Assembly (NCBI GenBank): GCA_946415755.1
Contig: CAMKTS010000002.1
Location: 63,703 to 127,702, forward strand
Length of the DNA stretch: 64,000 nt
DNA from: an uncultured Prevotella sp.
GTDB lineage: Bacteria > Bacteroidota > Bacteroidia > Bacteroidales > Bacteroidaceae
Reading direction: 5' to 3'
This document shows positions 38,715 to 48,641 of this stretch, piece after piece (within the stretch, counting starts at the first letter, position 1; the number at the start of each line of letters is the position of its first letter). Position numbers and translations under genes: made by a program. Below the pieces are notes generated by a model. It had not been told where the DNA came from, made no database searches, and saw only the letters and a program-made list of their open reading frames with translations.

Positions 38715-39074
38715 TCACTTTTTACAGTATATGATTGAGAACTTCGTCATCGCTTTGTCACCTGCCATAATCGTGCCTTTTGTCTTGATGTCATTACCCT
38801 CTTCGTCTATGGAAGTAAATATAATGTCAATGACAGGCGTGTTGACAGGAGATATCGGAGCCAGGAATTTCAGGTTGACGACATTACTCAATGCGAGTGG
38901 ATGTCCTACCTGGCCTTCTGCCAGTTCTCCAATCATTTGAACCAGACAAACTCCCGGAGTAATGGGATTGCCAGGGAAATGAGCCTGGTAAATCGGATGC
39001 TCTTCATGCAGCTGTATCCGAGTCGTTGAAGCCTCTTCGCTTATAATTGAAAACAGATTGTCTTTTAGCACCAT
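38715..39074 (-). CDS. FabA/FabZ-like hydroxyacyl-ACP dehydratase
   Basis: HPIYQAHFPGNPITPGV, KFLAPI. Confidence 0.88.
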   Translation of the reverse strand: MVLKDNLFSIISEEASTTRIQLHEEHPIYQAHFPGNPITPGVCLVQMIGELAEGQVGHPLALSNVVNLKFLAPISPVNTPVIDIIFTSIDEEGNDIKTKGTIMAGDKAMTKFSIIYCKK

Positions 39075-39075
39075 A

Positions 39076-40071
39076 TTAGTCTGTTTTTCGCAACGTTATC
39101 AGTGAGAAGTCTTTTCCGTCGCTATGATTTATCATAAGTAGTCGTTTGACATTGGTGAGGTTGCCATTGCCCTGTGACAGATACATGAATTCCGGTATCT
39201 GGCCTTGCGCAATGAGATGGGCGGCGGCATATACTCCCAATGCAGATGAGGTATAACACTCACCAAAGAGATGCTTGTATTGCAACAATGGAACAGACGG
39301 AAGTCTTGATACGATTTCCATATACTTGCTGTCATTGTCACTAACGCCGTTGACACCCAATAAGATGGCATCCATATCATTGCTGACATCCTGGATGCTG
39401 TCTATATGGCGGAATATCTTTATATCCTCCATTTCACAAAGTGCATCCTCTTTCCCGGCAGTCAACATCACTGCTGCCGAAGCCTCTCCTGCGGGAACCT
39501 GTCCCGGCTGTCCGACATAGCCTATTCGTTGCAGGATGTCGTAATAGGATGGTGTCATCTCGTCATTGCCCGTCACCAGTGCATGGCGTATGTCGCCAAG
39601 CCGTAACTGCATGAAGGCATCTAATAGCGCGCTGTCAAAGGAGATGCTCTTGTGGCTGAACGTCGAGTTGTACCCATGACATTGCCCGTTGATGGAAATC
39701 AACGAGCTGATGGTATTGTGTGTAGACTGCATGAAACAGGTGGGCTTCAGCATCTCCTCGCCTTCCCGGCAAAGCTGGTCGAGAAAGATTTCCGTATTCT
39801 CTATACATCCGAGACCAGTACCAGTAATAATGGCATCAGGCTGTGAAATACCAGCATCCTTCATGGCTTTCATCGCTGTCACAAGGGCGCGCTTGAGGAT
39901 TTTTCCCATGCGCCTGGAGTCCAGCGGATTAAGCCAGTCACGGAAGGGCGGGTCTATGCTGCGCACATACGGCTCGCTGTGTATGACCGGTTCTGTCATC
40001 CAGCTTTCAGAAAGTGGCTGCTGGATGGAAATCTGCGTTGCAGTCCTGATATATACCCGATTTTTAAGCAT
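39076..40071 (-). CDS. Beta-ketoacyl synthase chain-length factor
   Basis: RRMGKI, GTGLGC, PTCFMQSTHNT; lacks the catalytic Cys-His-His set. Confidence 0.85.
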   Translation of the reverse strand: MLKNRVYIRTATQISIQQPLSESWMTEPVIHSEPYVRSIDPPFRDWLNPLDSRRMGKILKRALVTAMKAMKDAGISQPDAIITGTGLGCIENTEIFLDQLCREGEEMLKPTCFMQSTHNTISSLISINGQCHGYNSTFSHKSISFDSALLDAFMQLRLGDIRHALVTGNDEMTPSYYDILQRIGYVGQPGQVPAGEASAAVMLTAGKEDALCEMEDIKIFRHIDSIQDVSNDMDAILLGVNGVSDNDSKYMEIVSRLPSVPLLQYKHLFGECYTSSALGVYAAAHLIAQGQIPEFMYLSQGNGNLTNVKRLLMINHSDGKDFSLITLRKTD

Positions 40072-40075
40072 AGTG

Positions 40076-41266
40076 CTAATATTGTGAAATGATGAGGCTG
40101 GAATCGTTGCCGCCGAATCCGAACGAATTGCACATGATGTGGCGGAGTTCTACATTCGTGATGTTTTCCTTCACGGGTTTGATGCCATTTTCCATCGGTG
40201 TATGCCAGCCATAGTTTGCCGGTACGAAATGATGGTGCATGGCTAAAAGACAGATGGCCGTTTCAACGGCTCCGGAAGCACTGGTGGTATGACCTGTCAT
40301 CCCTTTCGTAGATGACACATGAGGGATGTTGTCGCCAAACAAACGTGCAAGAGCCTGGCTCTCGCTGACATCGTTGTTGGGGGTTCCTGTGCCATGGGCA
40401 TTCACATAGCCTATGTCGGCAGGGGTCAGCCCTGCCATGTCGATCGCCTTGTGCATGGCCAGATAGGCACCTTCGCCATCATCGCTTGATGCCGTCTGAT
40501 GGAAAGCGTCGCAGGCATTGCCATAGCCGCTGAGCCGTCCTAGAATTCGGACACCCCTTTTCTTGGCCGACTGTTCGGTTTCCAGCACGATATATGCTGC
40601 TCCTTCTCCCAGGTTAAGTCCCGCGCGGTTGGCATCGAATGGCTTGCATTGTTCGTGGTCAAGAATCATCAGTGAATTGAAGCCGTTCAGATGGAACTTC
40701 GTAATACACTCTGCCCCTCCGACTACTGCAATGTCTGTCTGTCCGCTACGTATCATATTCGCCCCCAGAATGATGGCGTTTGCAGCTGAAGAGCATGCCG
40801 TTGAGATGCTGGTAGCCATAGAGAAAATGCCGAAATAGTCAGCAATGATCCCTGTCGTTGCTCCGCAGTCATGTGTCTTGATATAATCGTTTCGCAAATC
40901 GTTCTGGAGATAGTCAAGATAGTACAGCTCACTCTTGTCCATTCCACCGACAGTAGTTCCCGACACCAGTATGGTCTTCTGGTCGCGGTCGCCTAAGAGG
41001 GCAGCTTCCTCCAAAGCTTCCCTCATGGCAATCATCCCCATCAGTGAAGTTCTTGTCGTGGGTTCTTCCGAGATGCCAAGCTTTTCCTTCATCTCTTCGT
41101 CACTCAACTTCACTTCACCTACAGGGAATTCCTTGTGGCTGGTATGCAGATACTTGAGTGGCTGCACTCCGGTCTTCTCCGACTGGAGTGCAGTTAACGT
41201 TTCTGCCTTGTCATTACCGATGGCAGATATGACTCCGAAGCCTGTTATAACGATGGAATCCGTCAT
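40076..41266 (-). CDS. Beta-ketoacyl-ACP synthase (aryl polyene KS-type)
   Basis: TACSS, NAHGTGT, GHTT, NSFGFGG. Confidence 0.92.
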   Translation of the reverse strand: MTDSIVITGFGVISAIGNDKAETLTALQSEKTGVQPLKYLHTSHKEFPVGEVKLSDEEMKEKLGISEEPTTRTSLMGMIAMREALEEAALLGDRDQKTILVSGTTVGGMDKSELYYLDYLQNDLRNDYIKTHDCGATTGIIADYFGIFSMATSISTACSSAANAIILGANMIRSGQTDIAVVGGAECITKFHLNGFNSLMILDHEQCKPFDANRAGLNLGEGAAYIVLETEQSAKKRGVRILGRLSGYGNACDAFHQTASSDDGEGAYLAMHKAIDMAGLTPADIGYVNAHGTGTPNNDVSESQALARLFGDNIPHVSSTKGMTGHTTSASGAVETAICLLAMHHHFVPANYGWHTPMENGIKPVKENITNVELRHIMCNSFGFGGNDSSLIISQY

Positions 41267-41272
41267 GGCAGA

Positions 41273-41530
41273 CTATTTGGTGCGGTGTTCTTTCACAAAC
41301 GCTGCCATGGTGTTGACGGACTTGAAGATGTCCTTTCCAGCAGAGGGATCCTTGATCTTGATGCCGTACACCTTTTCCAGCATAACAATCAGTTCAAGGG
41401 CATCAATGGAGTCCAGACCTAATCCTTCGCCAAAAAGGGGAGCGTCATTGTCAATGTCTTCGGGTTTCACCTCTTCAAGATTCAGCACTTCAATAATCTG
41501 TTTCTTCAATTCAACAATCAGTTCTTCCAT
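41273..41530 (-). CDS. Acyl carrier protein
   Basis: GLGLDSIDALEL. Confidence 0.92.
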   Translation of the reverse strand: MEELIVELKKQIIEVLNLEEVKPEDIDNDAPLFGEGLGLDSIDALELIVMLEKVYGIKIKDPSAGKDIFKSVNTMAAFVKEHRTK

Positions 41531-41558
41531 TTTGTTTGTCGTTTTTTGTTATTAAATA

Positions 41559-41996
41559 TTAATCAATTAATTTCCACATTCTCTTCCACTCCTCATAGAA
41601 ATCCGGATTCGTCCATACCAGCTGGTAGTCCTTGTCCATGAAAACCTGTACGCTGCGTCCTGTTGCCATCAGTTCGCCGGTGTCATTGTCGTAGATTTCA
41701 TAGTCGAACAGAATCTTGGCAGCTTCTGTAAGCCGGTAGATGATGTCTATCCTTGGATGCATGCCATATACCAACGGCTTGTGATATTGGAAACGCAAGT
41801 CTACAAGGGGGGCAAAATAACCGAATTCGGCAATACGCAGATACTCCAGTTTGTACTGTCTTCCGAACTCTTCTCTGGCATCTTCAAAATATAGCGGATA
41901 GGAGCCGTGCCATACCACTCTCATCGAATCTACTTCGCTGAAGCGTATGTCAAAGCACTTGCTGGCTTTTAATGTCTTGTTGGTATGTATGAGCAT
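41559..41996 (-). CDS. Acyl-CoA/ACP thioesterase (4HBT hotdog fold)
   Basis: IRFSEVDSMRVVWHGSY..YFEDARE. Confidence 0.88.
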   Translation of the reverse strand: MLIHTNKTLKASKCFDIRFSEVDSMRVVWHGSYPLYFEDAREEFGRQYKLEYLRIAEFGYFAPLVDLRFQYHKPLVYGMHPRIDIIYRLTEAAKILFDYEIYDNDTGELMATGRSVQVFMDKDYQLVWTNPDFYEEWKRMWKLID

Positions 41997-42033
41997 CTGT
42001 TTTACGTGTATGATACTTCAAATGTATGAGTGG

Positions 42034-42480
42034 CTACTGTGCGTCTATATCCGTCAGTGCAATCTTCATTTTTGCTGTTACAATGGTTTCTGCCCCCACT
42101 TTGACGGTGGCTTCTACCAGTGTCATCTGCATGATCTCTTCCAGCACCTCAATCTTTGTGGACAGTATCTCACCAAGTCTGGCAGGACGAAGCACTGTCA
42201 GGTCCTTAATACTCCCGATAAACCCCAGCTTTACGCTTTCCTGGTATATGTATTGGTTGATATAACCCATGCGGGCAGCGCACGTCTGGGCAATGTTCTC
42301 TACCAAGGCACACGGATTAAGAATCCCATTCTCCATGAACAGATTGTCCGCTCTCACTTCAAATTCTGTGGTAGTAACTACTTCGTCAAAATGAGTCAGA
42401 TGGTCTATCATGACAAATGGCGGGCGCTGGGGCAGCAGTGTTAGTATGTCAATCTTTTTCAGTTCTGTTTCTGTCATCAT
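42034..42480 (-). CDS. Hotdog-fold dehydratase
   Basis: LLPQRPPFVMID, ENIAQTCAA, GFIG. Confidence 0.85.
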   Translation of the reverse strand: MMTETELKKIDILTLLPQRPPFVMIDHLTHFDEVVTTTEFEVRADNLFMENGILNPCALVENIAQTCAARMGYINQYIYQESVKLGFIGSIKDLTVLRPARLGEILSTKIEVLEEIMQMTLVEATVKVGAETIVTAKMKIALTDIDAQ

Positions 42481-43366
42481 GCCAAAATTCAAAATAGTTA
42501 AACCATTGTTCCGGATATAGTCTTAGTACCTTTTCCATTTCTTCGGCAAAGGCATCAGCCAAATGCTGTATTTTCTCGTTCCTCTTCTGCAGGCCTGTTT
42601 CCTCTGCGTTGAGCAGTCGGATGTACACCTTATATTTATATAGAGAGTGTTTCATCACAAAGATGGCTACGGCAGGAACACCGCGCTGTACGGTCATGGC
42701 GTAAGGCCCTAACGGGAGATGAGCCGTGCCGTTGAAGAATTTGCATTCTAAATGTTTCGGTGAACCGAAGATGCGGTCTCCAGGTATGCTGACGATTTCG
42801 CCATTGGCCAAAGCATTGTTCATTTCAAAGATATGCGACATGTCTTCGCTCACAGGAATCATCTTGATGTTATGGGCAGACAGCAGGGTGTTCCTGTTCT
42901 CCATCACCGTCTTGGCTTCTCCTGAAAAGACCAGCGCATTGTACTTCTTGCTTGTCGAGGCAAAGGAATAGCCGGCAATTTCGTAGTTTCCTACATGACA
43001 GCTAAGTATGACAAAGCCTTCAGGCTTTTCCATCAGACTAAGGAACTGGTCGTTTCCGTCGAGTTCAAATTCGTATTTACATCCTGCATAAACGGCAAAC
43101 CTGTCCAGGATGATCTGGCCAAACCGATAATGGTTGAGGTAGGTGTACCAGAAAGACTTGACGGGTGAGAATCCATGTCGCTGACGGAAGTAGTGGTACA
43201 TGGAAATGTAGTTCTTGTGGCTGAACAGCATATAGCAGGGTGCCACGAACAATCCCATAAAAAAATAGACAGGTCGCAGTCCGATATAGCGGAATGTGAC
43301 TATCAACAGCTGGTGCATCCATGCTGTACCGGCTGTGTTACCACGCCACTCGTCGTGTTTTGGCAT
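42449..43366 (-). CDS. LpxL-like acyltransferase of aryl polyene clusters
   Basis: FGQIILDR, SCHVGNYE, PGDR, YPEQWFNYFEFW. Confidence 0.88.
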   Translation of the reverse strand: MPKHDEWRGNTAGTAWMHQLLIVTFRYIGLRPVYFFMGLFVAPCYMLFSHKNYISMYHYFRQRHGFSPVKSFWYTYLNHYRFGQIILDRFAVYAGCKYEFELDGNDQFLSLMEKPEGFVILSCHVGNYEIAGYSFASTSKKYNALVFSGEAKTVMENRNTLLSAHNIKMIPVSEDMSHIFEMNNALANGEIVSIPGDRIFGSPKHLECKFFNGTAHLPLGPYAMTVQRGVPAVAIFVMKHSLYKYKVYIRLLNAEETGLQKRNEKIQHLADAFAEEMEKVLRLYPEQWFNYFEFWHDDRNRTEKD

Positions 43367-43608
43367 TAGCTCACCTTGCTCTCAATGTAGTCGCAGAACT
43401 GGCTCAGCGTCGTTACATTGGCCATTTCCTCAGGTTTGATCTTGAAGCCGAATTTCTTTTCCACGATCACTACGATGTCAACGAAGTCCAGGCTGTCAAT
43501 GCCCATGTCCTCTTTCAGTTTTGCGTCGTCAGCAATCTTTTCCTCGTCAATTTCCAGGTCCTCAATGAGGAACTCTCTCACTTTCTCTTCAATTTCTGTA
43601 CGTGTCAT
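43366..43608 (-). CDS. Acyl carrier protein
   Basis: MGIDSLDFVD. Confidence 0.92.
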   Translation of the reverse strand: MTRTEIEEKVREFLIEDLEIDEEKIADDAKLKEDMGIDSLDFVDIVVIVEKKFGFKIKPEEMANVTTLSQFCDYIESKVS

Positions 43609-43642
43609 CTTTTGATATTTGTATTTAATATTTGTATTTGAT

Positions 43643-44746
43643 TTATTTCAGTTTGCAAACTATGATGGAGTGCCCTTGTCCCAGGTGGTCGTGAATCTGC
43701 TCCACCTCCAGTCCGGCGGCCTGTATGCAGTATTCCATGTCCTCCGTGTTATACATTTTTGAGTTGCCGTTGGCGATAGCCGTGAAGTACAGGCTTGTCA
43801 TCGTCAGGCAAAGGGCTGCGGGTTCAAAGCGCTGGCGGTCCCAGAGCGTTTCCATAATGTATACGCGAGTGTCTGCCGACATGGCTTCTCTTGCGCGCTG
43901 TAGGATGCCGATGATTTCCTCCATGCTGAAGCAGTCGAGGAACTGGCTCATCCAAATGGCATTCAGTCCACCCTCGCGCTTGGGGAAGAAGGCACTTTTG
44001 TCGAGCAGGTTGATACCGTAGCCACTGATACGCTCGGCACCGTTTTTGCCGCTGACGTTGTCCTGCATCATCTTGATCTGCTGTGGCAGGTCTAGGATGG
44101 TCACCTGTACGTCGGGGTCGTAGCCCACGCACTGGAGTGCCCACTTGCCAGTGTTGCCGCCCACGTCGTAGAGTGACTTTACGTGGTGCTGCTTGAAGAT
44201 GATTTCCAGGGCTTCGGGGAATGAAGAGTCGCTGTAGAAGTGGTCGAAACCGAACCAGCTCTTCTGTACCTGTGGGGGCAGGCTTGACAGACCTTCATAT
44301 ACGGTAGGCCAGTCGCCGAAGTGCTTCAGACCTTCAGGCTTGCCGTTCTTGAGGGATTCCTCCAGAAGGAACCATCCCTCGTAATTGACATCGTGGTTAA
44401 AGTCGATGTTCACCCGTGTTGCCGGGTCGTTCAGCAGGAACCATCCTGTCTTCGACAGGGTATAGCGTTCCGTGTCCGTGTCCACCAGGATGGTGCCGAT
44501 GCACAGCGAAGCCTCCAGCAGACACTTCACGGCATAGTCTGACAGACCAGTCGTCTGGCACAGCTCCTGTCGCGTCAGTCCTTCCTTTGAGTCTCGGATG
44601 GCATCCAGTATTCCAAATTTTACCATAAGCCTGGAGGCCTGGAATACAACCGGTCCCCACGCGATGAATTCTGCCAGTCGTTGTGCCTCACGAGCTGTCA
44701 GGTGCTCTTTGGTGTAGGCCTCTTGCAATGCGGGTGAAAGATTCAT
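43643..44746 (-). CDS. Class I SAM-dependent O/C-methyltransferase
   Basis: DVGGNTG, LDLP, WMSQFLDCF; own -7 box at 44785-44792. Confidence 0.88.
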   Translation of the reverse strand: MNLSPALQEAYTKEHLTAREAQRLAEFIAWGPVVFQASRLMVKFGILDAIRDSKEGLTRQELCQTTGLSDYAVKCLLEASLCIGTILVDTDTERYTLSKTGWFLLNDPATRVNIDFNHDVNYEGWFLLEESLKNGKPEGLKHFGDWPTVYEGLSSLPPQVQKSWFGFDHFYSDSSFPEALEIIFKQHHVKSLYDVGGNTGKWALQCVGYDPDVQVTILDLPQQIKMMQDNVSGKNGAERISGYGINLLDKSAFFPKREGGLNAIWMSQFLDCFSMEEIIGILQRAREAMSADTRVYIMETLWDRQRFEPAALCLTMTSLYFTAIANGNSKMYNTEDMEYCIQAAGLEVEQIHDHLGQGHSIIVCKLK

Positions 44747-44909
44747 TATCGCTCTATAAGTTTTTCTGATTCCAAAATATTTTGCAAAGGTACAACATTT
44801 TTCCTTAACAGCCGCAAAAAAAGAGTTTTTTTTGTCCCGAACGTCGCTTTTCCTGCTGTTTTGGTGCGGTTTTTGTATAATTTTCTACATGCGAGTGACC
44901 CAAATGCCG

Positions 44910-47294
44910 CTATAGTTTGACAACGACCTCATTGCCTTGATAGGACACTTTCTGCTGCTTTCCGTTGGGCAGGACGATGTTGAAATGGCGGTCAAATATC
45001 ATGCCTTTGTAGCCGCCCTGTCGCGTACCGATGGTGAGGGTACGGCTGCGGTCGTTCCAGTGGAATGTGATGGTGGCGTAGTAGCCTTTCTCGTAGTTGT
45101 AGTCGTCCCCCTCGTCTTCATAGAGCGTAAATGTGCCGTCGGCACCAGGGTATAGGCGTATTTCGAGGTTGTCCCACGGCTGCTCGCCCACATACTGCAC
45201 CTCAGGGCCAAGGGGCAGGATGCTGCCTGCACGTACAAACATCGGCACGCGGTCTATCGAGGTGTCCAGAGTCACTTGCTGGCCCCCTTGGTAGTGCTTG
45301 TTTGTCCAGAAGTCATACCAGGAGGTGCCTTTCGGAAGGTATTTCGCTGCGGTCTTAGGTGCTGTCCAATCGATGGCACCGACGGGGGAGCCACCGGAAG
45401 CCTGCTTGCGGTCCCAGCCGGTCATGGCATCTTCGCGGATGATTTTCTCCTCCGTATATTGCGGTTCGAGGATGGGGGTTGCCAGGATGCTGCGGCCGAA
45501 CATGAACTCATCGGTCATCTCCCAGATGCGGCGGTCGTGTGCAAAATCGCTGAACAGCGGCCGCAGGTAGCTGTCGCCGTTGCTCGTCACCTGCCAGGCG
45601 ATACTATATAAATAAGGTATGAGGCGGTAGCGCAGGCGAATCATCTTTTCTATTGCATCGTAGATGGGGTCGCCCTTCTTGCCGAACTGCCATATTTCAC
45701 GGGGAGCATCGGCACCGTGACTGCGGAATACGGGACAGAACAGACCATACTGCATCCAGCGCACGTAGAGTTCCTGATACTGTGGATTGCGAGGGGCAGA
45801 GCCAGGACCGTGCGTATTGTAAGCGTTGCAGAAGAAGCCGCCGATGTCGGTATTGAAATTGGGATTGCCCGTCAGCGAGAAGCTCAGTCCTGCGGGCACC
45901 TGCTTGCGCAGCATGTCCCACGATGAGGCCACGTCGCCGCTCCACATGTTCGAGCCATAGTGCTGCTGACCGGCGAAGCTGCTGCGCGTCATAATGAAGA
46001 CGCGCTTCCCGACTTTCTGGTCTCCATCGCGAGGGGAGGAACTCTCCTTGCGCTGAGCCTCGTAGACACCGCGCACCGTAGCCAGCGGGAAAGCATTACG
46101 CAGCTCCCTCCAGATAGCCGTGGACTTGCCCTCTCCTTGGGTGGAGGACAGGGGGAGGCTGTATTCGTAGTCGCTCTCCTTGGGGTTGAAGAAGTCGGGG
46201 TCGGTGGAGTCCATCCACCAGGCATCTGTACCGTATTCGTAGAGCGTCTTCAGGTATTTCCAGTAGATGGCGCGTGCCTCTGGATGGAAGGCATTGTAGA
46301 CCTTCACGCCCGACGGGTAGTCCATGCGTGGTGGCCAGATGTGTGAGAGTCCGCTCTGCGGCCACGTCTCGATGGGAAGCAACAATCCCTTCTCGTTGAG
46401 ATCACGGTATTGCTGGGTCTGCGGGCCGAAGCTGGCCCAGATGGAAATCATAAAGTGGGCGTGCTTCGCATGTATGTTCTTGATCATCTGCTGACCGTTG
46501 GAAAAATCCTCGGAGAGGAAGTCCATCGCATTCCAGAGGTAGTTGGATCCCCAATACTGCCAGTCCTGGATGATGCCGTCGAGAGGCACCTGCAACTCGC
46601 GATACTTGTCAACGATGCTTTCCGTCTCCTGGGCAGTCTTGTATCGCTCCTTCGACTGCCAGTATCCGTATGTCCATAGCGGAAACATCGGTACGTCGCC
46701 CGTCAGCCATCGCATCTGGGCGATGACACCGTCGGCCGAGCCGCCATACATAAAGTAGTAGTCGATGCCATCGCCGACCTCAGAGGTAAACGACATGCCG
46801 TTCTGGTCGTCATCGAATTGGGTGGGGGAGTAGTTCTCCCAGTAGATACCCCAACCCTTGATGCTCTGCAGCACATTCTGGAAGTCTTCGAGGTTCGACT
46901 GTTCCATGCGTTTGTGTTCGCCACGGCGGTTCATCTTGCCGTTCTGGATGGTGCCTAAGCCGTAGATGGCCTCGTCCTTGTCGAGTGTGAACACCTGCTT
47001 CACCTTGTCGATGTCGCATTCTTTTTCGCGCAGCAGAACCTTGCCCTTGGCCGTCAGGAAGGTCAAGGCTCCCGTCTTGGCATCCTGCCTGACGGTCAGC
47101 TCGCTGCTCTTGTAGGTAGTGCCCTGCCTGCTAACGGCCACTCCTTCGGGCTGTGCCGTTACCACGAGGCTCTTCGTGGGTGTTCCCTTTGTGACATGTA
47201 CGATGGAGGGTGTCAGGAACTCAATACTTGCCTCTTGGGCATTGCCTGCCGTCAGCAACAGCAGTCCTGCAATAATGATGGTCAGTCTTTTCAT
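44910..47294 (-). CDS. Glycoside hydrolase family 31 (alpha-xylosidase-like)
   Basis: GYWQSKERY, QDWQYW, nucleophile WWMDSTDP, WSGD, TDIGGF, FRSHG, LYEDEGD. Confidence 0.92.
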   Translation of the reverse strand: MKRLTIIIAGLLLLTAGNAQEASIEFLTPSIVHVTKGTPTKSLVVTAQPEGVAVSRQGTTYKSSELTVRQDAKTGALTFLTAKGKVLLREKECDIDKVKQVFTLDKDEAIYGLGTIQNGKMNRRGEHKRMEQSNLEDFQNVLQSIKGWGIYWENYSPTQFDDDQNGMSFTSEVGDGIDYYFMYGGSADGVIAQMRWLTGDVPMFPLWTYGYWQSKERYKTAQETESIVDKYRELQVPLDGIIQDWQYWGSNYLWNAMDFLSEDFSNGQQMIKNIHAKHAHFMISIWASFGPQTQQYRDLNEKGLLLPIETWPQSGLSHIWPPRMDYPSGVKVYNAFHPEARAIYWKYLKTLYEYGTDAWWMDSTDPDFFNPKESDYEYSLPLSSTQGEGKSTAIWRELRNAFPLATVRGVYEAQRKESSSPRDGDQKVGKRVFIMTRSSFAGQQHYGSNMWSGDVASSWDMLRKQVPAGLSFSLTGNPNFNTDIGGFFCNAYNTHGPGSAPRNPQYQELYVRWMQYGLFCPVFRSHGADAPREIWQFGKKGDPIYDAIEKMIRLRYRLIPYLYSIAWQVTSNGDSYLRPLFSDFAHDRRIWEMTDEFMFGRSILATPILEPQYTEEKIIREDAMTGWDRKQASGGSPVGAIDWTAPKTAAKYLPKGTSWYDFWTNKHYQGGQQVTLDTSIDRVPMFVRAGSILPLGPEVQYVGEQPWDNLEIRLYPGADGTFTLYEDEGDDYNYEKGYYATITFHWNDRSRTLTIGTRQGGYKGMIFDRHFNIVLPNGKQQKVSYQGNEVVVKL

Positions 47295-47456
47295 TGCCGC
47301 TCTTCATTTAATTTGGGTGCAAAGGTACGAATAAATGAGCGAATAACCATCAATTTGAGTGATGTAACACTGTGGTAATCCGTTTTTACCCTCTTTTTCA
47401 CATGATTATTTGCAGGAGTTGGGGAAATGTCGTACCTTTGTGGTTGAAAAAAGGAT

Positions 47457-48641
47457 ATGCGGCAGTTGTATACGTTAATGAGTAGTCTTATTATTAATAA
47501 GGTTGAATGGAGACGGTGGCTGCCAGTTGTGGTGGCTGTTGCGGTGGCATGTGTGCTGCTGCTTGGCTTTCCGTATGTGATGGTGACCCGCGAACAGTCG
47601 CTGCTGTTTCTGTGGAATGGCGATTACTTTGTGGAACGCATCGTGCTACCGGGTGGTCTGGCGCAGTATCTGGGCGAACTGCTCACTCAGTTCTTTGGCA
47701 ATCCTATCGTGGCTGCCATCATCTATGGTGTGCTGTGTCTTTTGGCTCAACGGCTCATGTTGCGACTGGTTCCCCGCTACTATTGGCTATCCTACGTGCC
47801 CGTGGCCGTCATCTTCCTGCTGGCCTTTGATACCTACATTCCGTTGACGCTGACCGTCAGCCTGCTGCTGACGATGGGCATCATGGCGATGCTGCCCGGG
47901 GAGGGTAGGTGGCGACTTTTCTGTACAGCCATCCTGATACCGATAGGCTATTGGCTCCTCGGACCGGCCATCGTACTGATGCCCCTGTGCTGCATCAGAT
48001 GGTCGCCCCTGTTGGCGGTACTGTTGGCGGCCTGTGTTATCGGCAGTTCGTGGGTGGCTCCCTATCCCCTCCGGCAGATAGCACGAGGCATCGACTACTA
48101 CTGGGAGGAAGAACATCCCAACACGATGGAGGAGATGGAGTGTGACATGCTGGTGCGCCAGAAGAAGTGGAACAGCCTGGTAAGCAAGTTCTCTAACTCT
48201 GCATCTCCAGCCATCCAGAATGCGAGGGCACTGGCCATGTTCCAGACGGGACGAATCGGTGAAGGAGAGCTGAAGGAACGCCTTAACCTGTCGGGCAGCG
48301 TGCTGCGCACCCAGTCGTCAGCATTCATCATGAGCGAGGTCTACCTGCTTATGGGGATGGTACAGCTGTCGCAACGCTGTGCCTTCGAGGCGATGGAGTC
48401 GGTACCTAACCACAACAAGAGTGGACGCGCCTTGCGCCGACTGGTGGAAACTAACCTCGTGTGCGGGCATACCGCCGTAGCCCTGAAATACATCGCTGTG
48501 TTAGAGGAGACCTACGCTTACCACGGTTTTGCCGCCCGGCACCGACCGCTGGCCGAGCATCCGGAGCTGATGGATCGTCACCCTTACTTCAACCCCCTGC
48601 GTGAAGTCTATGAAAAGAGCCGTGATACCTTCTTCCATTAA
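47457..48641 (+). CDS. DUF6057-like membrane protein
   Basis: REQSLLFLW, PGGLAQYLGELLTQF, multiple TMs, C-terminal AFEAME...RRLVETNL. Confidence 0.7.
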   Translation: MRQLYTLMSSLIINKVEWRRWLPVVVAVAVACVLLLGFPYVMVTREQSLLFLWNGDYFVERIVLPGGLAQYLGELLTQFFGNPIVAAIIYGVLCLLAQRLMLRLVPRYYWLSYVPVAVIFLLAFDTYIPLTLTVSLLLTMGIMAMLPGEGRWRLFCTAILIPIGYWLLGPAIVLMPLCCIRWSPLLAVLLAACVIGSSWVAPYPLRQIARGIDYYWEEEHPNTMEEMECDMLVRQKKWNSLVSKFSNSASPAIQNARALAMFQTGRIGEGELKERLNLSGSVLRTQSSAFIMSEVYLLMGMVQLSQRCAFEAMESVPNHNKSGRALRRLVETNLVCGHTAVALKYIAVLEETYAYHGFAARHRPLAEHPELMDRHPYFNPLREVYEKSRDTFFH

